A stretch of 62,748 nt of DNA from Octopus bimaculoides (GCF_001194135.2 NC_068988.1:41314626-41377373), one strand, 5' to 3'. Shown: positions 49,666 through 62,579, counted from the stretch's first letter. Made by a program: numbers and translations. Notes: generated by a model not told the origin, from the sequence alone.

Positions 49666-50904
49666 CACACAGGTAAAACCTTGACCAAAAATGCATAGAA
49701 ATGTTTACTCTGGATGAATATGTACTGCAGCTGAACCAACTAAATATACATTACTGCTACAACCAAGGACATTAGGACTCTTATGCAGTAGAAACATGTT
49801 GGATTGGAATCTAAATGTGAATTTAATGAGAATACTTTAATAAACAAATTTGAAAACATGGAAAGAGTTAACTACCATCCTGCTTCATAAGAAAGGTGAT
49901 AAAGAAGAGACAAAGGTGATAAAGAGCACAGCTGTTTATGAAGCTGACAATCACCAAACACCTCAATGACCAACAGCAGGGGATGCATTGTATGCGGGGG
50001 GGGGGGCTAGTCTTGGGTGAATTGTAAATGTAATACCGATATCATTTGGATAATCATCATTATCATCATCGTCGTTTAACGTCCACTTTCCATGCTGGTA
50101 TGGGTTGGACGGTTTGACTGAGGACTGGCAAGCCAGAAGGCTGTACCAGGTTCCAATCTGATTATGTTGAGAAAAGGTTTAAATTTTGGAAAAATTTTGT
50201 TAGTTAATTGTTGAACTTACTTCCTAGCTGTCCACTTACATTTTTAGAAAGTAACTGACCATCATCTCAATAAATTCCTATATTAATAGTGTGGAATTTA
50301 TTGTTAACTGAGCTGAAAGTATATGTTCCAAAAAAGGTTGAAAATCCTGTGAAATCACTCACATGTATTCTTAGATCAAAGAAATCTGTATTAACTACAT
50401 AAGTCCTACTACTGTAAAATGCTGATTTACATCATGCAAAGGAATGTGTGAACAAAGCACAAGCCACCATCATGCCACAAGTTTACCACTGCTGTCGATC
50501 TCTGTCCATCAGTTCATACGAGGTCATCCTGTTTCTGCCGACATGGCACTCTCCTCTCGTCACCACTTCTCAACTGATCACAGGTGACAGGACCCTGTAC
50601 AAGTGTGCGTGTGTGTATTTATGTATTATTTCTGTCATTGTGCTGCACACCCTCAATGGTTTCAGCCAGGTTAGTAACAAAAGGGTTAAGAATGAAGAGT
50701 TCAATTCCCATATCTGGTATTAGTTCGAAATGCAAAAAATAAATAAAAAATAAATTCATTCTAAAATATAGATTCAATTATATTGAAATTATTTATTGAG
50801 TTACAGCAGATAATTAACTTTTCAAAGTTTTCTCATTTAAAGATAATTATTTTTCTTTAGTTTCAACAGAACAAAATATCCTTATTCATTTATGTATGTC
50901 ATGT

Positions 50905-51002
50905 TTATTTCCATTCACGGATTTGACGATCCACTACAAACTGACCGCGAGGCTCTTTAACATTTGGAGGCAGTAAAGCAAGATAGACTGGAGTGTCAGC
51001 AC
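50905..51002 (-). CDS. CBR copy B terminal exon (GADTPVYLALLPP...REWK*)
   Basis: 98 nt, TAA at 50907-50905. Confidence 0.9.
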
Positions 51003-54000
51003 CTAACAAAGAGATGCAGATAAAAAGATGAAAATAATGACACAATAACACACGGAAAAAGATAAAAGTAATAACACAGGTATAAATATGTGGTTAAGAT
51101 GTCAGCTTTGTGAATTCAATTCCAGTGTATAGCAGTCTGTGCAAATATATTCTGCTTTAGCTTTAGATTACATATGTGCACGTGAGTATGTATGTGTGTG
51201 TAGCAGTAGTAGAATCAATAGAAGAAAAAAATAGAGTGAACTAGCTGTGCAGAGTGGAAAAATCAAACGTTTCGGACAGTCCTTCTTCAGAGGAAAAGTT
51301 GAAAGGAGAGAAATTAATGAGAGATGACAGACTTTTAAATACTCAAAGTTTTGCAAAAGAAATCTGGCTGAAGCTGATAAGGAATGCAGGACTGCATGAG
51401 CTTCATACGCGAACAAGAAGTGGTAGGAGTGTATGGAGGAAGAAGAAAGGGATGAGGTGATGCAAGCAAATTTGAGAGTGAGATGAAGAGAAAAGATAAG
51501 GAGAGAGGGGAGTTGAAAGATAAGAAAAGGTTCAAGGAATTAAGAGATGTAGGAGTAGAAAGGAAACATTTTAATCTGTCAGTGATATGGTGCTTAGTTC
51601 TATTATGAATCGTCGTCCCCTCTGTTTTCTTAAGAATAAGAATCTATAAAGTGTAGCCATGCTGCACACTGATAAGTAAGTGATGGAATAGCTTGTAGTG
51701 TTAAAATGTGTGGCGACAGACTGACTAGGTGTGCATTGTAGTAAGCTTTGAATATGCTCCAAAAAGTGATCAGCAAGGTATCGGCCTGTTTCCCCACGGT
51801 AAATGCTGCCACATAGTTTGCACAAAATGTAATATATAAGGTTAGACAATGCGCAACAGTTCTAAGTAATATGATGTGTCTTAGACCAAGTGATGGTTGT
51901 AGTATTGTTAATGAAGGGGCAGGTGTTGCATCATCAGTGAACACATTTAACAGCATCTGGTAGTGTGGGGCTGGGTGCTGTTGAGCCTTTAAGGTTTCTC
52001 AGATTCTTATCTTTTTTAAAGGTGAAGGAGGGTAGTGCAAGAAAGATAAAGTGGTTCAAGGGGCAGAGAGTTGGGGATGAGTTTATCTTTCAATGGGAGG
52101 ATGGATAGATGGATGGCGAAAGAGTGGAATATGATTTGTGGGTGTGTGTAAAGACGGTAGGAGAGCGCTGATGCACTCGGTGGCCTAGGCCCAGCAGAGT
52201 ACTGGGTCCACAACTAATTAAAAGTATTCTTGATTCAGGGAGAATTGTCACATTGTTTGGCATTGGGATTCAAAGTCTGAATCAGTGATGCAGAACTGGT
52301 GAAGGTGAAGAGTAGTGGAGATAGGAGTATGAATCATAAGTATGTAGTGGACAGAACACGACTGAATCTCAAACAACAACATTGAGAACAATGTTTGTAG
52401 CAGCTGGCCACGGAAGATCAAATCTAGCAGCATAAGCTGCAGTGGTTTGGTCACATCTGCAGGATGTGCACCAGAAGATTACCACACCAACTCTCATGGC
52501 AACAGTGACCTATGCACTGGAGAATCCAGTGCAATGCATCAAAGAAGACACGAGCAAAACAAACTGAGGAAGACCTAAGTTGAAGCACGTCATGCTCGAG
52601 CATGCCAAGGTCAGCACCATGTATTGGAAAGCATGGAATAACATTATCACCAGAGTCCATCATCCAGTAGCACCCACACTGTATTAATTATGCGGACAGA
52701 CTTACTCTCTGGTCCAGGATTAAATAATAAGAAGAAGAACGTAGTGGACAGAAGAGGGAAAGAGCTGGATATTTTTATGGTGATGGAGTATCAGATACAG
52801 TGGAAGTAAATTCCGAGACAAAGTGGAAGGTGTTGATGAGAAAGATAAAATTGTTGAGGTGTTGTCTGGTAAATGTCAACATCGCAGTCATCAATATAAC
52901 AACCATACAACTCTGTGATGGATCCAATGAACTGAGCAAAGATTTGTTCTTCAATATAACTGACAAAGTGGTTAGCACAACTGGTAAAAACTCTGCTGTC
53001 TCTCATTCATTTCTCTCCTTCCAGCTTTTCCTCTGAAGAAGAACTGTGTCTGAAATGTTAGATTTTCCTCTCCTCACGGCAAGTTCATTATACTCTTTTC
53101 ATTGACTTTACTACATAATAATATAAGTCTTGCTCGCACAGAAAAACACCAGCCTCATTGGAGTCTGTTTGAATATATGTATGCATACCATCGTATTTGG
53201 TAGTGTATAAGATATGAGGAAATGATGTCTGGTGCAGGGCACACTTGTCTAGGTATGCTGTATACAATCACAGTTGTGTGTGCTTTAGTTTGTGTTTTTA
53301 CAGCCAGTTAATGTGTATGTAGAGAGGCTTGTGTGTATAGTAGTATATGTATGTATAAGCTTACTTGTATTGACAGCAAGTACATGTGTGTGTGAGCATA
53401 TGTGTGTGTGTTGAATTATGGAAGCTTTTATATTTGGTTTGTGTGACAGAAAAGAGCAGAGGTGTGGGATTAGAAAATCTAAAATATTTAATTTTAGGTG
53501 ATCAAATACTTAGATAGAGATTTTTACCTTCCTCAATAGTTTTGTATCCTAGGTAACGAGTCATATCAGTGGCAACATAACCAGGACAGCACTAAAAAAA
53601 GAGAAGACAAATTATTAATGACAAATCATCATCATCATCATTATTATTTTCATGTGAGGGCACATGGCTTAGTGGTTAGGGTGTTGCACTCATGATTGCT
53701 AGGTTGTGATTTCAATTCCTAGATTGGGCGGTACATTGTGTTCTTGAGCAAAAACACTTCATCTCACTTTGCTCTGCAATCACTTCGACACCTGATGCAT
53801 GGTACACTGTGCACCTGTTCAGATACCATCAATTTGATGGAGAGTGTGAGCTAATGTACGGCATATACATTTGATCACTATAAACAAACTGGTTGTGCAC
53901 TGGGGTTGACGTAACTGACTAACCCCAACCCTAAAAATTTCAAGCCTTATGTTTATGGTAGAAAAGATTACCATTATCATTAAAATTGTGAGTTGAAAGG

Positions 54001-57000
54001 ATCATTAGCACATCAAAGTCCTTATCACGTTCGACATGAGCTGCAATGTGCACGTTGTCTGTTTATTCAGTTTCAACATGTTATTCTGCACATGCCGAAC
54101 TGTACCATTACGCAGAATACATTCATCCATTAGCTCATACTTATACAATCACTTACACACCGAGATACAATACATCACTGAGTGTTTCCATACATTCACA
54201 CACACACTCACACGCAGACACGTACACACATACACGCACATATATAAAATATATGTACATATATTCAGATGCACACACGCATACATATACTAGACCCTTA
54301 TGATTTGACGGGCAACATTTTTTTATGTAGTGTTTTTGGTACCGAAACACTTTCAGACTTCGTATACTTGTATATTTTGTGGTTGGACCATATACTCACC
54401 TACATATCAATAAACACATTCACATCTATACATAGACGCTTATACATTTATCTACTCATTTCCATGTACATAGTTATATTGCTGAACGCTCCATCATAAA
54501 TACACATTCCTATACATACGTGTATAGTAATGAAAATCTAATGAATAAGCATGATGAGAAAATTTCAAGATGTAACCACCGTGCCAAATATGCATTTTCT
54601 AGATGGAAAAGTGTATAAATTATAATTATTATTATTCTATCTCACTAAACCCATTTTTGACCGCCTTCTCTGTTTTGTGCGATTGTGCATCCATAGATTT
54701 CTACCACACACACACACACACATGTAATGTAAAAGTTCAAACAGGGAATTATTCCATTCAGTATCATATCTATTATAGAGATTATGTAACAAATTATACT
54801 TTATACTTCTTGCTTCTGGTGTCTTCTGCCTTTATATTAGAAATGTGTACCTGTGAATTTACTTTAAGTGAAAAAAAAAAAAAATCGCATGCAACAGATA
54901 AGTCGTCTTAATAACATATTGAGTTGGCAACTAAGTTCCAGCCGTTTATTTAAATTTTGGAATTTATTGCGTTTTTAAATTTTGGAATCTATTTTTATCG
55001 AGAATTCTATTTTTGAATCATTTTGGAATCTATTTTGTTTTTTTTTTCTAATTAATTTTAGTTAATTTCTTTTTATTTTCAGATCATTAAAATGGAATGT
55101 GAAGTTAAGAAAAACAAGCATTTTCGATACCTGCTTTTTGCTTTTAATCAAGGTTCTAAGGCCGCAGNNNNNNNNNNNNNNNNNNNNNNNNNNNNNNNNN
55201 NNNNNNNNNNNNNNNNNNNNNNNNNNNNNNNNNNNNNNNNNNNNNNNNNNNNNNNNNNNNNNNNNNNNNNNNNNNNNNNNNNNNNNNNNNNNNNNNNNNN
55301 NNNNNNNNNNNNNNNNNNNNNNNNNNNNNNNNNNNNNNNNNNNNNNNNNNNNNNNNNNNNNNNNNAGTTCAAAAATGGAAATTTTGACCTCAAAGACACA
55401 ACTCGTTCTAGCCGTCCAGTTGGGTTCAATGAAGAGCGATTAAACGGATTTTTGCACGAAAATTCTCGTCAAACGACAAGGGAACTGGCAGAGAAAATGG
55501 AATGCTCCCACACTGCTATAGATAAGCATCTTCACTCAATGGGAAAGGTTCAGAAGTGTGAGGCATGGGTTCTGCATGCTTTAAGTGACAACAAAAATCA
55601 ACGAGCCACAATCTCCGCTGGTTTGCTTGGTCGTCACTGCTCAACTCATGGACACAAGCAACGATTTCTTTACCGAATCGTTACCGGCAACACCGCGCAT
55701 GGAACAAGATCTTCATCCGTGTAAAACGATGTGCGTATGGTGGGACTGGGAAGGGATTATCCATTACGAATTGCTTGAACGGAACCAAACGGTTAACATG
55801 GAACTCTATGTTCAACAGATGGAACGACTCGACACGGTTATTCAAGAAAAAAGACCTAATCGGCAGCATGGAGTTCTTCTGCAGCACAACAACTCCCGCC
55901 CTCATATTGCCAATATGACCAAGGAAGCCATTCAAACACATGGCTGGGAAGTGCTGCCACACTCACCGGATACTATTCAAGAAAAGTGGTCCCGGTGCGC
56001 GCACTCACGCATCCTCGCTAGCTAGTTGTGACTAGTCGGTCCTACGATTACCTAGCGCGAGTGCGCGTCTTGCGCAAAACATGTATGAGGGTTTTTTCTA
56101 AACAAAGTAAATAAGGTAATCTTCAAGTTTAGGGGGTAAAAAAAGTAAATAAAAATATTCAAGGGAAATAACTGAACGACTTACCATTATTATCCGTTTT
56201 CTTTTAGCTGTATATAAATAAATCACATACGAGACCAGGCCTATCTAGGGAGCTTTCTGGTAACTGTAGCGGCTACTGGCATGAAGTTGAAGGAAATCAG
56301 ATTCAGACATCTCCTGTACTGCAGTACTCTTGTAGAGAATGATACTGACAGGCATCAGAAAAAGGTTTGGGTTCCTCCCAGAAGACCTGAGTGCCAGCTG
56401 GCTATTGCCTTTACCCCAAGTTTCGCCTGTTCTGGCTGGAGCAGTATAATAACAGCCAGGTTAGCAGAGCAACAAATACCATGGAGACCATTGTAGCGAC
56501 AATCCTAATGAAAACCAATGAGGACGGCAGCAGCGCCACCAGCAATGAGGATGAGGAAGATGATTTCTTCAGCAATATCACTCAGTTCCATGAGAGCAGG
56601 AGCCACAAGTCACTGAAGTCCAAGGTGCAGAACTTGGTGAAAACCTGGCTGGAGGCTGCCTCGAAGGAGGTCTTGACTGAAGTTGCCTTTTTGGGTAAGC
56701 AGGTCTTCATCGACCTGCTCACCAAATACAACACTACCATCCCATCCAGTGCTGCAGTTTAGCACCTATTCTCTATAGGCAAAGATATTTTGAGGGCCAA
56801 GAAAGTCACCCTGTCAAATGGTAACTTTGTGAGGCTGATGTTTATGAAGGGCAACCAGCATGACATCAAGGCGATGGAGAAGGCCCAGCTAGATTAGTAC
56901 ACATAGATCATAATCTGATCTTGGCATGGCACCTATACTTTGATTCATTTAATACTTTTTTGTACAGTAAATAAAGTATATGTTGACTGGAAAACTAATG

Positions 57001-60000
57001 TTCAATTTCATTTGTTCATTTAATTATTTGCATACACATTGATCATCATCTAATCTTGGCATGCTATACCTTTTGGAAAACGCTTTGTCTAAGCTACAAC
57101 ATGAAAATTTCAGCTCTTTAGGCCTGTTTTTAAGGGTTTTAGAGCCAAAAAATCAATCCAAAGCTAAATTCATATGATAAAAGTTAGTGGTTATCAGTTA
57201 GTGTTAGTTTCCGCTAATCTTTTTACCCGTTTAGTGATTTAGCATTTGCAAAGCTCACTTTTTTAGTTAGTGTATTAGTGGTTAGTGAAGCTATCTTTTT
57301 GGTTAGTTGTGTCTAATATTTTAAAATGCTAATATTTTAAAATTGATAATAAATAAATGAAATAAAATAATTGATAATTACTGCATTGACAACAATGTCT
57401 TCTTTGCCTTCACTGTCAAGAACTTTCTGCTGAATTATGGACATGGTAGTTACTCCAATCTTAGAAACACCGTATATAGTATGAAAAAATGAAGGCCAAC
57501 CCTTTGCTTTATAATCGCCATTTTTCATATCACTGAAGTAAAATTAAAAATATATACATATATAAATAAATAAGTCAACAAATTAAGTGTATAATAAGAT
57601 GCTCTGGTGATATAATTGTTTAGCCCCAACTCATCTTGATCGAACTAACCTATCTATAACCAAAGGAATTTAAGCTATGATCGTTGAGGGTTTTTTTTCC
57701 ATGGGATAGTACTTTCCAATGTATCCCCTTTTTAAGTCAACAAGTTTTGATATGAAACACATTTAGCTGTTATTTCTTGAAAAGCGACCAACCACAGATG
57801 CTTTCCCATTAGCAGTAGTGTATTACAATATTTATTGTATTATAATGTCTATTATATAATGTTCAGCAAATAGGTTGTGCCGAACATTGTAATAGGTCAA
57901 ATTTATAAAATGCTTTATTCACAATCTGTTTCCCCCTCCCCCCTTCTGCTCCTTCCCCTTCTCCCACAACAGCATTGTCATTGAAACATTTATTTCACGA
58001 CGTCCAATGCAAAGCCAATAATATCACCAACACAATCATTTTTACATGTGCTTTTCATGCTGGCATGAGTGGAACAGGTTGTCACTGTTCGAGTTAATTC
58101 TTTTTTAGAGGTATAGCCCTCCTAGATGTGGTCATGAGTGGCATGCCTCACTTGTTTGTTTCATTTTGGTAGAATTGTTTTGATTGCATATTGTTCTTAA
58201 TATCTACTATTTTACAGAATGAACTGGCTGCATTTTATTGTGGTACCAGCACTAGAGATATTATCATGTCATTAATGAGATAAGAAAAAGGGGCCCACTC
58301 GAACCTATCTTAGACCCCAATCATTCGTTAACCCTTTTAGTAAATGTTTTTTATTGTGGAACCAGTTGAAGTGTGGTTAGCTTGTATTGGGATCTTCACT
58401 GTTCTGTGTTGTCTATGTTCAACTAGGGCCGCATGACAAATAAATTAGATATAAAAGATGGCATTTGTGGAAAATAATCTAGAGTGAGAAGGAGATAGAG
58501 AGCAAGAGTTTGGAGAAGGAAACAGGATTAGAGCAAAACTGTAGAAGAGCAGGGAGTCAGTGCCAGGAGAAATAATGAAGAGTGATAATAATGACAGAAG
58601 GGAATGGGAAAGAGACACTGATAGCAGCTCCACATTTGCAAGTACTGGAGTGAGGGATAGTTGTAAGAATAGTAGTAAAAGAGAATGATGAACATCAGTG
58701 ATACATGACATGGAGGAGAAGTAGCAGCAGCTAGCAGTATTTTCTATCTGCTGAGTCTGGAGGGGTAGTGCCTTTGGGATTCACGGATTCTCCTATATTA
58801 GGGGGATTAATGCCTATAAGTTCCTCTTAAACCTATAAACCAACAAATATAAGCAAAGAAGGTATTCGAGAAGGCCAACATTCCTTGAAGGATGAACTGG
58901 GCATAGTGATTAGTGCAGTCTTTGGAGATTTAAAAACAAAAGAATGATGAGATCAGAAAAGACAAGTTGGGCAGAATGGATGAGTAAAGGGAGCATGAAG
59001 CTTGCAAACTCCAAGAAGCAGGGGCTATTAAAGTAGTGGTACAAAAGGCAAGTGAGGAGACAGTGTAACTGGGGAGTATTTTAAGCCATTCAGATGGGTG
59101 GAACTCTTCTGATGGGATCTAGGATGTTTGTATGTACAGCAGCAATGCCATTCAAGATGTTAGAGAAATAACTATTGAGATGTAAGACAATTGATTCTTG
59201 CAGGATACGTAAGAGTTAGTTTCAGCATAGACTGTTACAGAAGGTTTCCACTGTACATGCAAATAAACCGTAGTTGCTAACATGGAATTGGCATGACACA
59301 AGACTGGTTTTACTGAGGCCAATGAAACAATTGTTTTGTTGTGTCAACAAAACAATTGTTTCATTGACCTCAGTAAACCAAACAATAAAGCAATTAGTTA
59401 ACCCAGTTCTGTAAAGTTCTTTTTTTTTATATACATATAATGAAAATAGTAGGTATAATATTGCACATAGAAAGTTACCCTCTGAGGAACAAGTTCGGGC
59501 AAGGTTTTTGTGGAAGACCAGCAGTCGCCCATGCATACCGGCCTCCCCTCTCCATGCCAACGATGTTATCCAAGAGATACAACTTGGTACCAGTAACGTT
59601 GAAACTCATTTCTACAACTGAGTGAACTGAAGCAATGTAAAATAAAATGTCAAGCTTAAGAACACAACACACAGCCTGATCTGGGAATAAAACTCACTAC
59701 CTCTAACCACTGAGTCATGAACCCTCACCAATGAATGAGTAGTATTTAAAAAAATATAAATCACACATCTACACATAGAAGCTATCTCTTTTTATCACTA
59801 TTGGTACAGGAACAGCATGGGATGGGCATTAAAATAATGTAAACTTGAACCTTGTATTATAAAATTGCTTTAAAATTTTGGCACAAGGCCAGCAATTTTA
59901 GGAGAGCAGGTAAGTCGATTGCATTGATTACAGTGCTTAAGTGGTACTTATTTTATCAATGCCAAAAGGATGAAAGGCCAAGTCGACCTTGGTGGAATTT

Positions 60001-60209
60001 AAACTCAGAAACGTAACTTTGTATTATGATATTAACTTACATGTATTCAAAAGATATATCCAAGATGAAATTATACTTACGTTACGAACTGAGCCATCAA
60101 ATTTACCAGCTGAGGCATAGTCAAGGCATTAGAAGTGAATTTTTCTCTCAGGTCTTTTGAACATCTCTGAAGTGCCATTTCACCGGAGTCACTGGAAACG
60201 TTAACCACC
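50905..60209 (-). CDS. Carbonyl reductase-like SDR, tandem copy B, 3' half (5' exons outside the window or in a gap)
   Basis: Exons 60209-60081 (129 nt), 57532-57382 (151 nt), 53591-53528 (64 nt), 51002-50905 (98 nt); same phases as copy A, no stops, canonical splice sites. Confidence 0.9.
51256..53068 (-). mobile_element. Decayed Penelope-like element with inverted terminal segments
   Basis: RT YIDD motif (LYGCYIDD, ORF 52791..53006) upstream of GIY-YIG (GSIYRGETGRYLADHFLEH...VATHFN, ORF 51571..51849); about 80-bp arms 51256-51336 / 52986-53068 inverted. Confidence 0.8.
53528..53591 (-). CDS. CBR copy B exon (CCPGYVATDMTRYLGYKTIEE)
   Basis: 64 nt, TAG acceptor, GTAAAA donor. Confidence 0.9.
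54919..55968 (+). mobile_element. Mariner transposon, defective, 3'-truncated
   Basis: TA|TTGAGTTGGCAACTAAGTTCC left TIR; transposase from 55092 with SSRP, WVLHAL, RIVTG (then deletion/frameshift), VWWDWEGIIHYELL, HNNSRPH (catalytic D replaced by N), GWEVLPHSP, then break. Confidence 0.9.
56240..57310 (+). mobile_element. hAT transposon 3' fragment (C-terminal dimerisation domain), pseudogenised
   Basis: GIRK.FG, PKFRLFWL, KYNTTIPSSAAV*HLFSIGKDILRAKK.TLSNGNF..LMFMKGN; TTAG/GCTAA-rich subterminal region to about 57310. Confidence 0.8.
57382..57532 (-). CDS. CBR copy B exon (GWPSFFHTIYGVSK...VVNA)
   Basis: 151 nt, i.e. 9 nt longer than the copy A equivalent. Confidence 0.9.
58450..59250 (-). 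mobile_element. Highly decayed CR1/L2-like RT fragment (tentative)
   Basis: Faint PIPKG..P.DSA..N and LFYSFA-like stretches with many indels. Confidence 0.3.
60081..60209 (-). CDS. CBR copy B exon (RVVNVSSDSGEM...AQFVT)
   Basis: TAG acceptor, GTAAGT donor, 129 nt. Confidence 0.9.
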
Positions 60210-60993
60210 CTAGAGCATAAAACACAAATATATTTGACTGTTTTGTAGCCTGTCAGATAAATAAAATGATTTCTGTATTGTTGGACATTCCTATTGCAAA
60301 CAACAGATGATATGTTTATAGTGATCAAATACTTGTGCTGGACATTAGCGCACTCCCTCCATCAAATCGATATTGCTTGTTCAGGCGCACAGTACGTCAG
60401 ATGTCAAAGTGATTACAGACCAAATTGAGAGTACTAGGCTTGGCCTACATAACTGGAACTCATTTACAGCTTGATGAACTGGAGCAACGTGAAATGAAGT
60501 GTTTCACCCAAGAATAAAACTGAACGCTCGGTCCAGAAATTGAAACGACGATCTTGTGATCATGAAAGCAATACTTATACAACTAGGCCACGTGCCTTCA
60601 CCATGTATTCCTTCAATACATGTGTATATGTGTGTGTGTGCGCGCGCTTGTATCTTATTGTGTATATGTGAGTCTAAGTTTAGTGAGCATGAAAGAAAAG
60701 TGACAGGTAAGAAGAAACAATTAAGGTGTTAGAAAATCACCTGGCATCTATATTCATAGACATTTTGATAATAATGTTTCTCTTGTATGCCTCCTCCTAT
60801 TTTTGTGTACATTAATTCCTCCCACTCACATTCGCTAATCACCTCCATGATGGTGAATTCTATCATCTTTTATCCATCTCTGAGGATTTCACATTAAGTT
60901 TTGATTATGTTATTTGCTTTACGTAATTAATAATGAAACGTACATAAGATGGTGTAACTAAATATCCTATAAACAACCTTTCTGGTTTTATTT

Positions 60994-61028
<35 letters not shown>

Positions 61029-62094
61029 NNNNNNNNNNNNNNNNNNNNNNNNNNNNNNNNNNNNNNNNNNNNNNNNNNNNNNNNNNNNNNNNNNNNNNNN
61101 NNNNNNNNNNNNNNNNNNNNNNNNNNNNNNNNNNNNNNNNNNNNNNNNNNNNNNNNNNNNNNNNNNNNNNNNNNNNNNNNNNNNNNNNNNNNNNNNNNNN
61201 NNNNNNNNNNNNNNNNNNNNNNNNNNNNNNNNNNNNNNNNNNNNNNNNNNNNNNNNNNNNNNNNNNNNNNNNNNNNNNNNNNNNNNNNNNNNNNNNNNNN
61301 NNNNNNNNNNNNNNNNNNNNNNNNNNNNNNNNNNNNNNNNNNNNNNNNNNNNNNNNNNNNNNNNNNNNNNNNNNNNNNNNNNNNNNNNNNNNNNNNNNNN
61401 NNNNNNNNNNNNNNNNNNNNNNNNNNNNNNNNNNNNNNNNNNNNNNNNNNNNNNNNNNNNNNNNNNNNNNNNNNNNNNNNNNNNNNNNNNNNNNNNNNNN
61501 NNNNNNNNNNNNNNNNNNNNNNNNNNNNNNNNNNNNNNNNNNNNNNNNNNNNNNNNNNNNNNNNNNNNNNNNNNNNNNNNNNNNNNNNNNNNNNNNNNNN
61601 NNNNNNNNNNNNNNNNNNNNNNNNNNNNNNNNNNNNNNNNNNNNNNNNNNNNNNNNNNNNNNNNNNNNNNNNNNNNNNNNNNNNNNNNNNNNNNNNNNNN
61701 NNNNNNNNNNNNNNNNNNNNNNNNNNNNNNNNNNNNNNNNNNNNNNNNNNNNNNNNNNNNNNNNTTGAGGCAGCTGATGAATAATTCCAAGTGGCTTTCT
61801 GTTTTCCTGTGTGTTCGTTCCATTGTCTGTAGTTCATTGTTCTAACGTCCTGTACCCTGATATGCATCTATATACACATGTAGATAAAAGTATATACATA
61901 TATGTGTGTATACATGCATATATATTTTTTGTATTATATATATAATCTGTAGATATAATACGTGACAATTATTCGGTAGCCATGATAAAACTCCGAGTCT
62001 CAGATGTCGGGGCGGAAACCCACGCCGGCATTTTTTCCGTTATCGGGCCATCGAAAAAAAAAAATGCTATGAAAATGACCGTTAAACAAAGGTG

Positions 62095-62180
62095 CTTGTA
62101 AAGACATGAACATGACATACATAGGGGAGGCATCTAGGAGCATTGCGGAAAGACTAAATGAACATTTGAGACAATATGAC
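62095..62180 (+). mobile_element. Penelope-like GIY-YIG fragment
   Basis: CKDMNMTYIGEASRSIAERLNEH, cut by an N-gap. Confidence 0.65.
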
Positions 62181-62579
62181 NNNNNNNNNNNNNNNNNNNN
62201 NNNNNNNNNNNNNNNNNNNNNNNNNNNNNNNNNNNNNNNNNNNNNNNNNNNNNNNNNNNNNNNNNNNNNNNNNNNNNNNNACACATATATAAATGCACAC
62301 ACACACACACTTACATGCATGCATACATACATACTTACATGCATATGCGCACACACTGACCCACACACATGCGCACAAACAAACAAAAAGAACGCAGCCT
62401 GTATAACGGACAGAGTCAGCAACTATGGAAAAGGTTGCAAGTCGCAACGGAAAATTTTAGGAAAATAAATAAGTAAATGAGTGGAAACTTTACCAGTGAG
62501 TGTGTTAAATCATAAGGCACGACAAAGAATGACTCTTCCCAGACACAACAATAAATGTATATATATATATATATATATA

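Larger units (their letters stand above)
1736..62280. other. Ten assembly gaps (N runs)
   Basis: 1736-2239, 4892-5427, 8899-9747, 15592-15891, 21225-21693, 42402-42983, 44881-45476, 55168-55365, 61029-61764, 62181-62280. Confidence 0.98.

Noticed and set aside
1652-62447. Long ORFs in the track that are mostly X
   Set aside because: They only span N-gaps and microsatellites. Only 8678.. (RTE RT), 55092.. (mariner) and 62106.. (GIY-YIG) have meaningful flanks.
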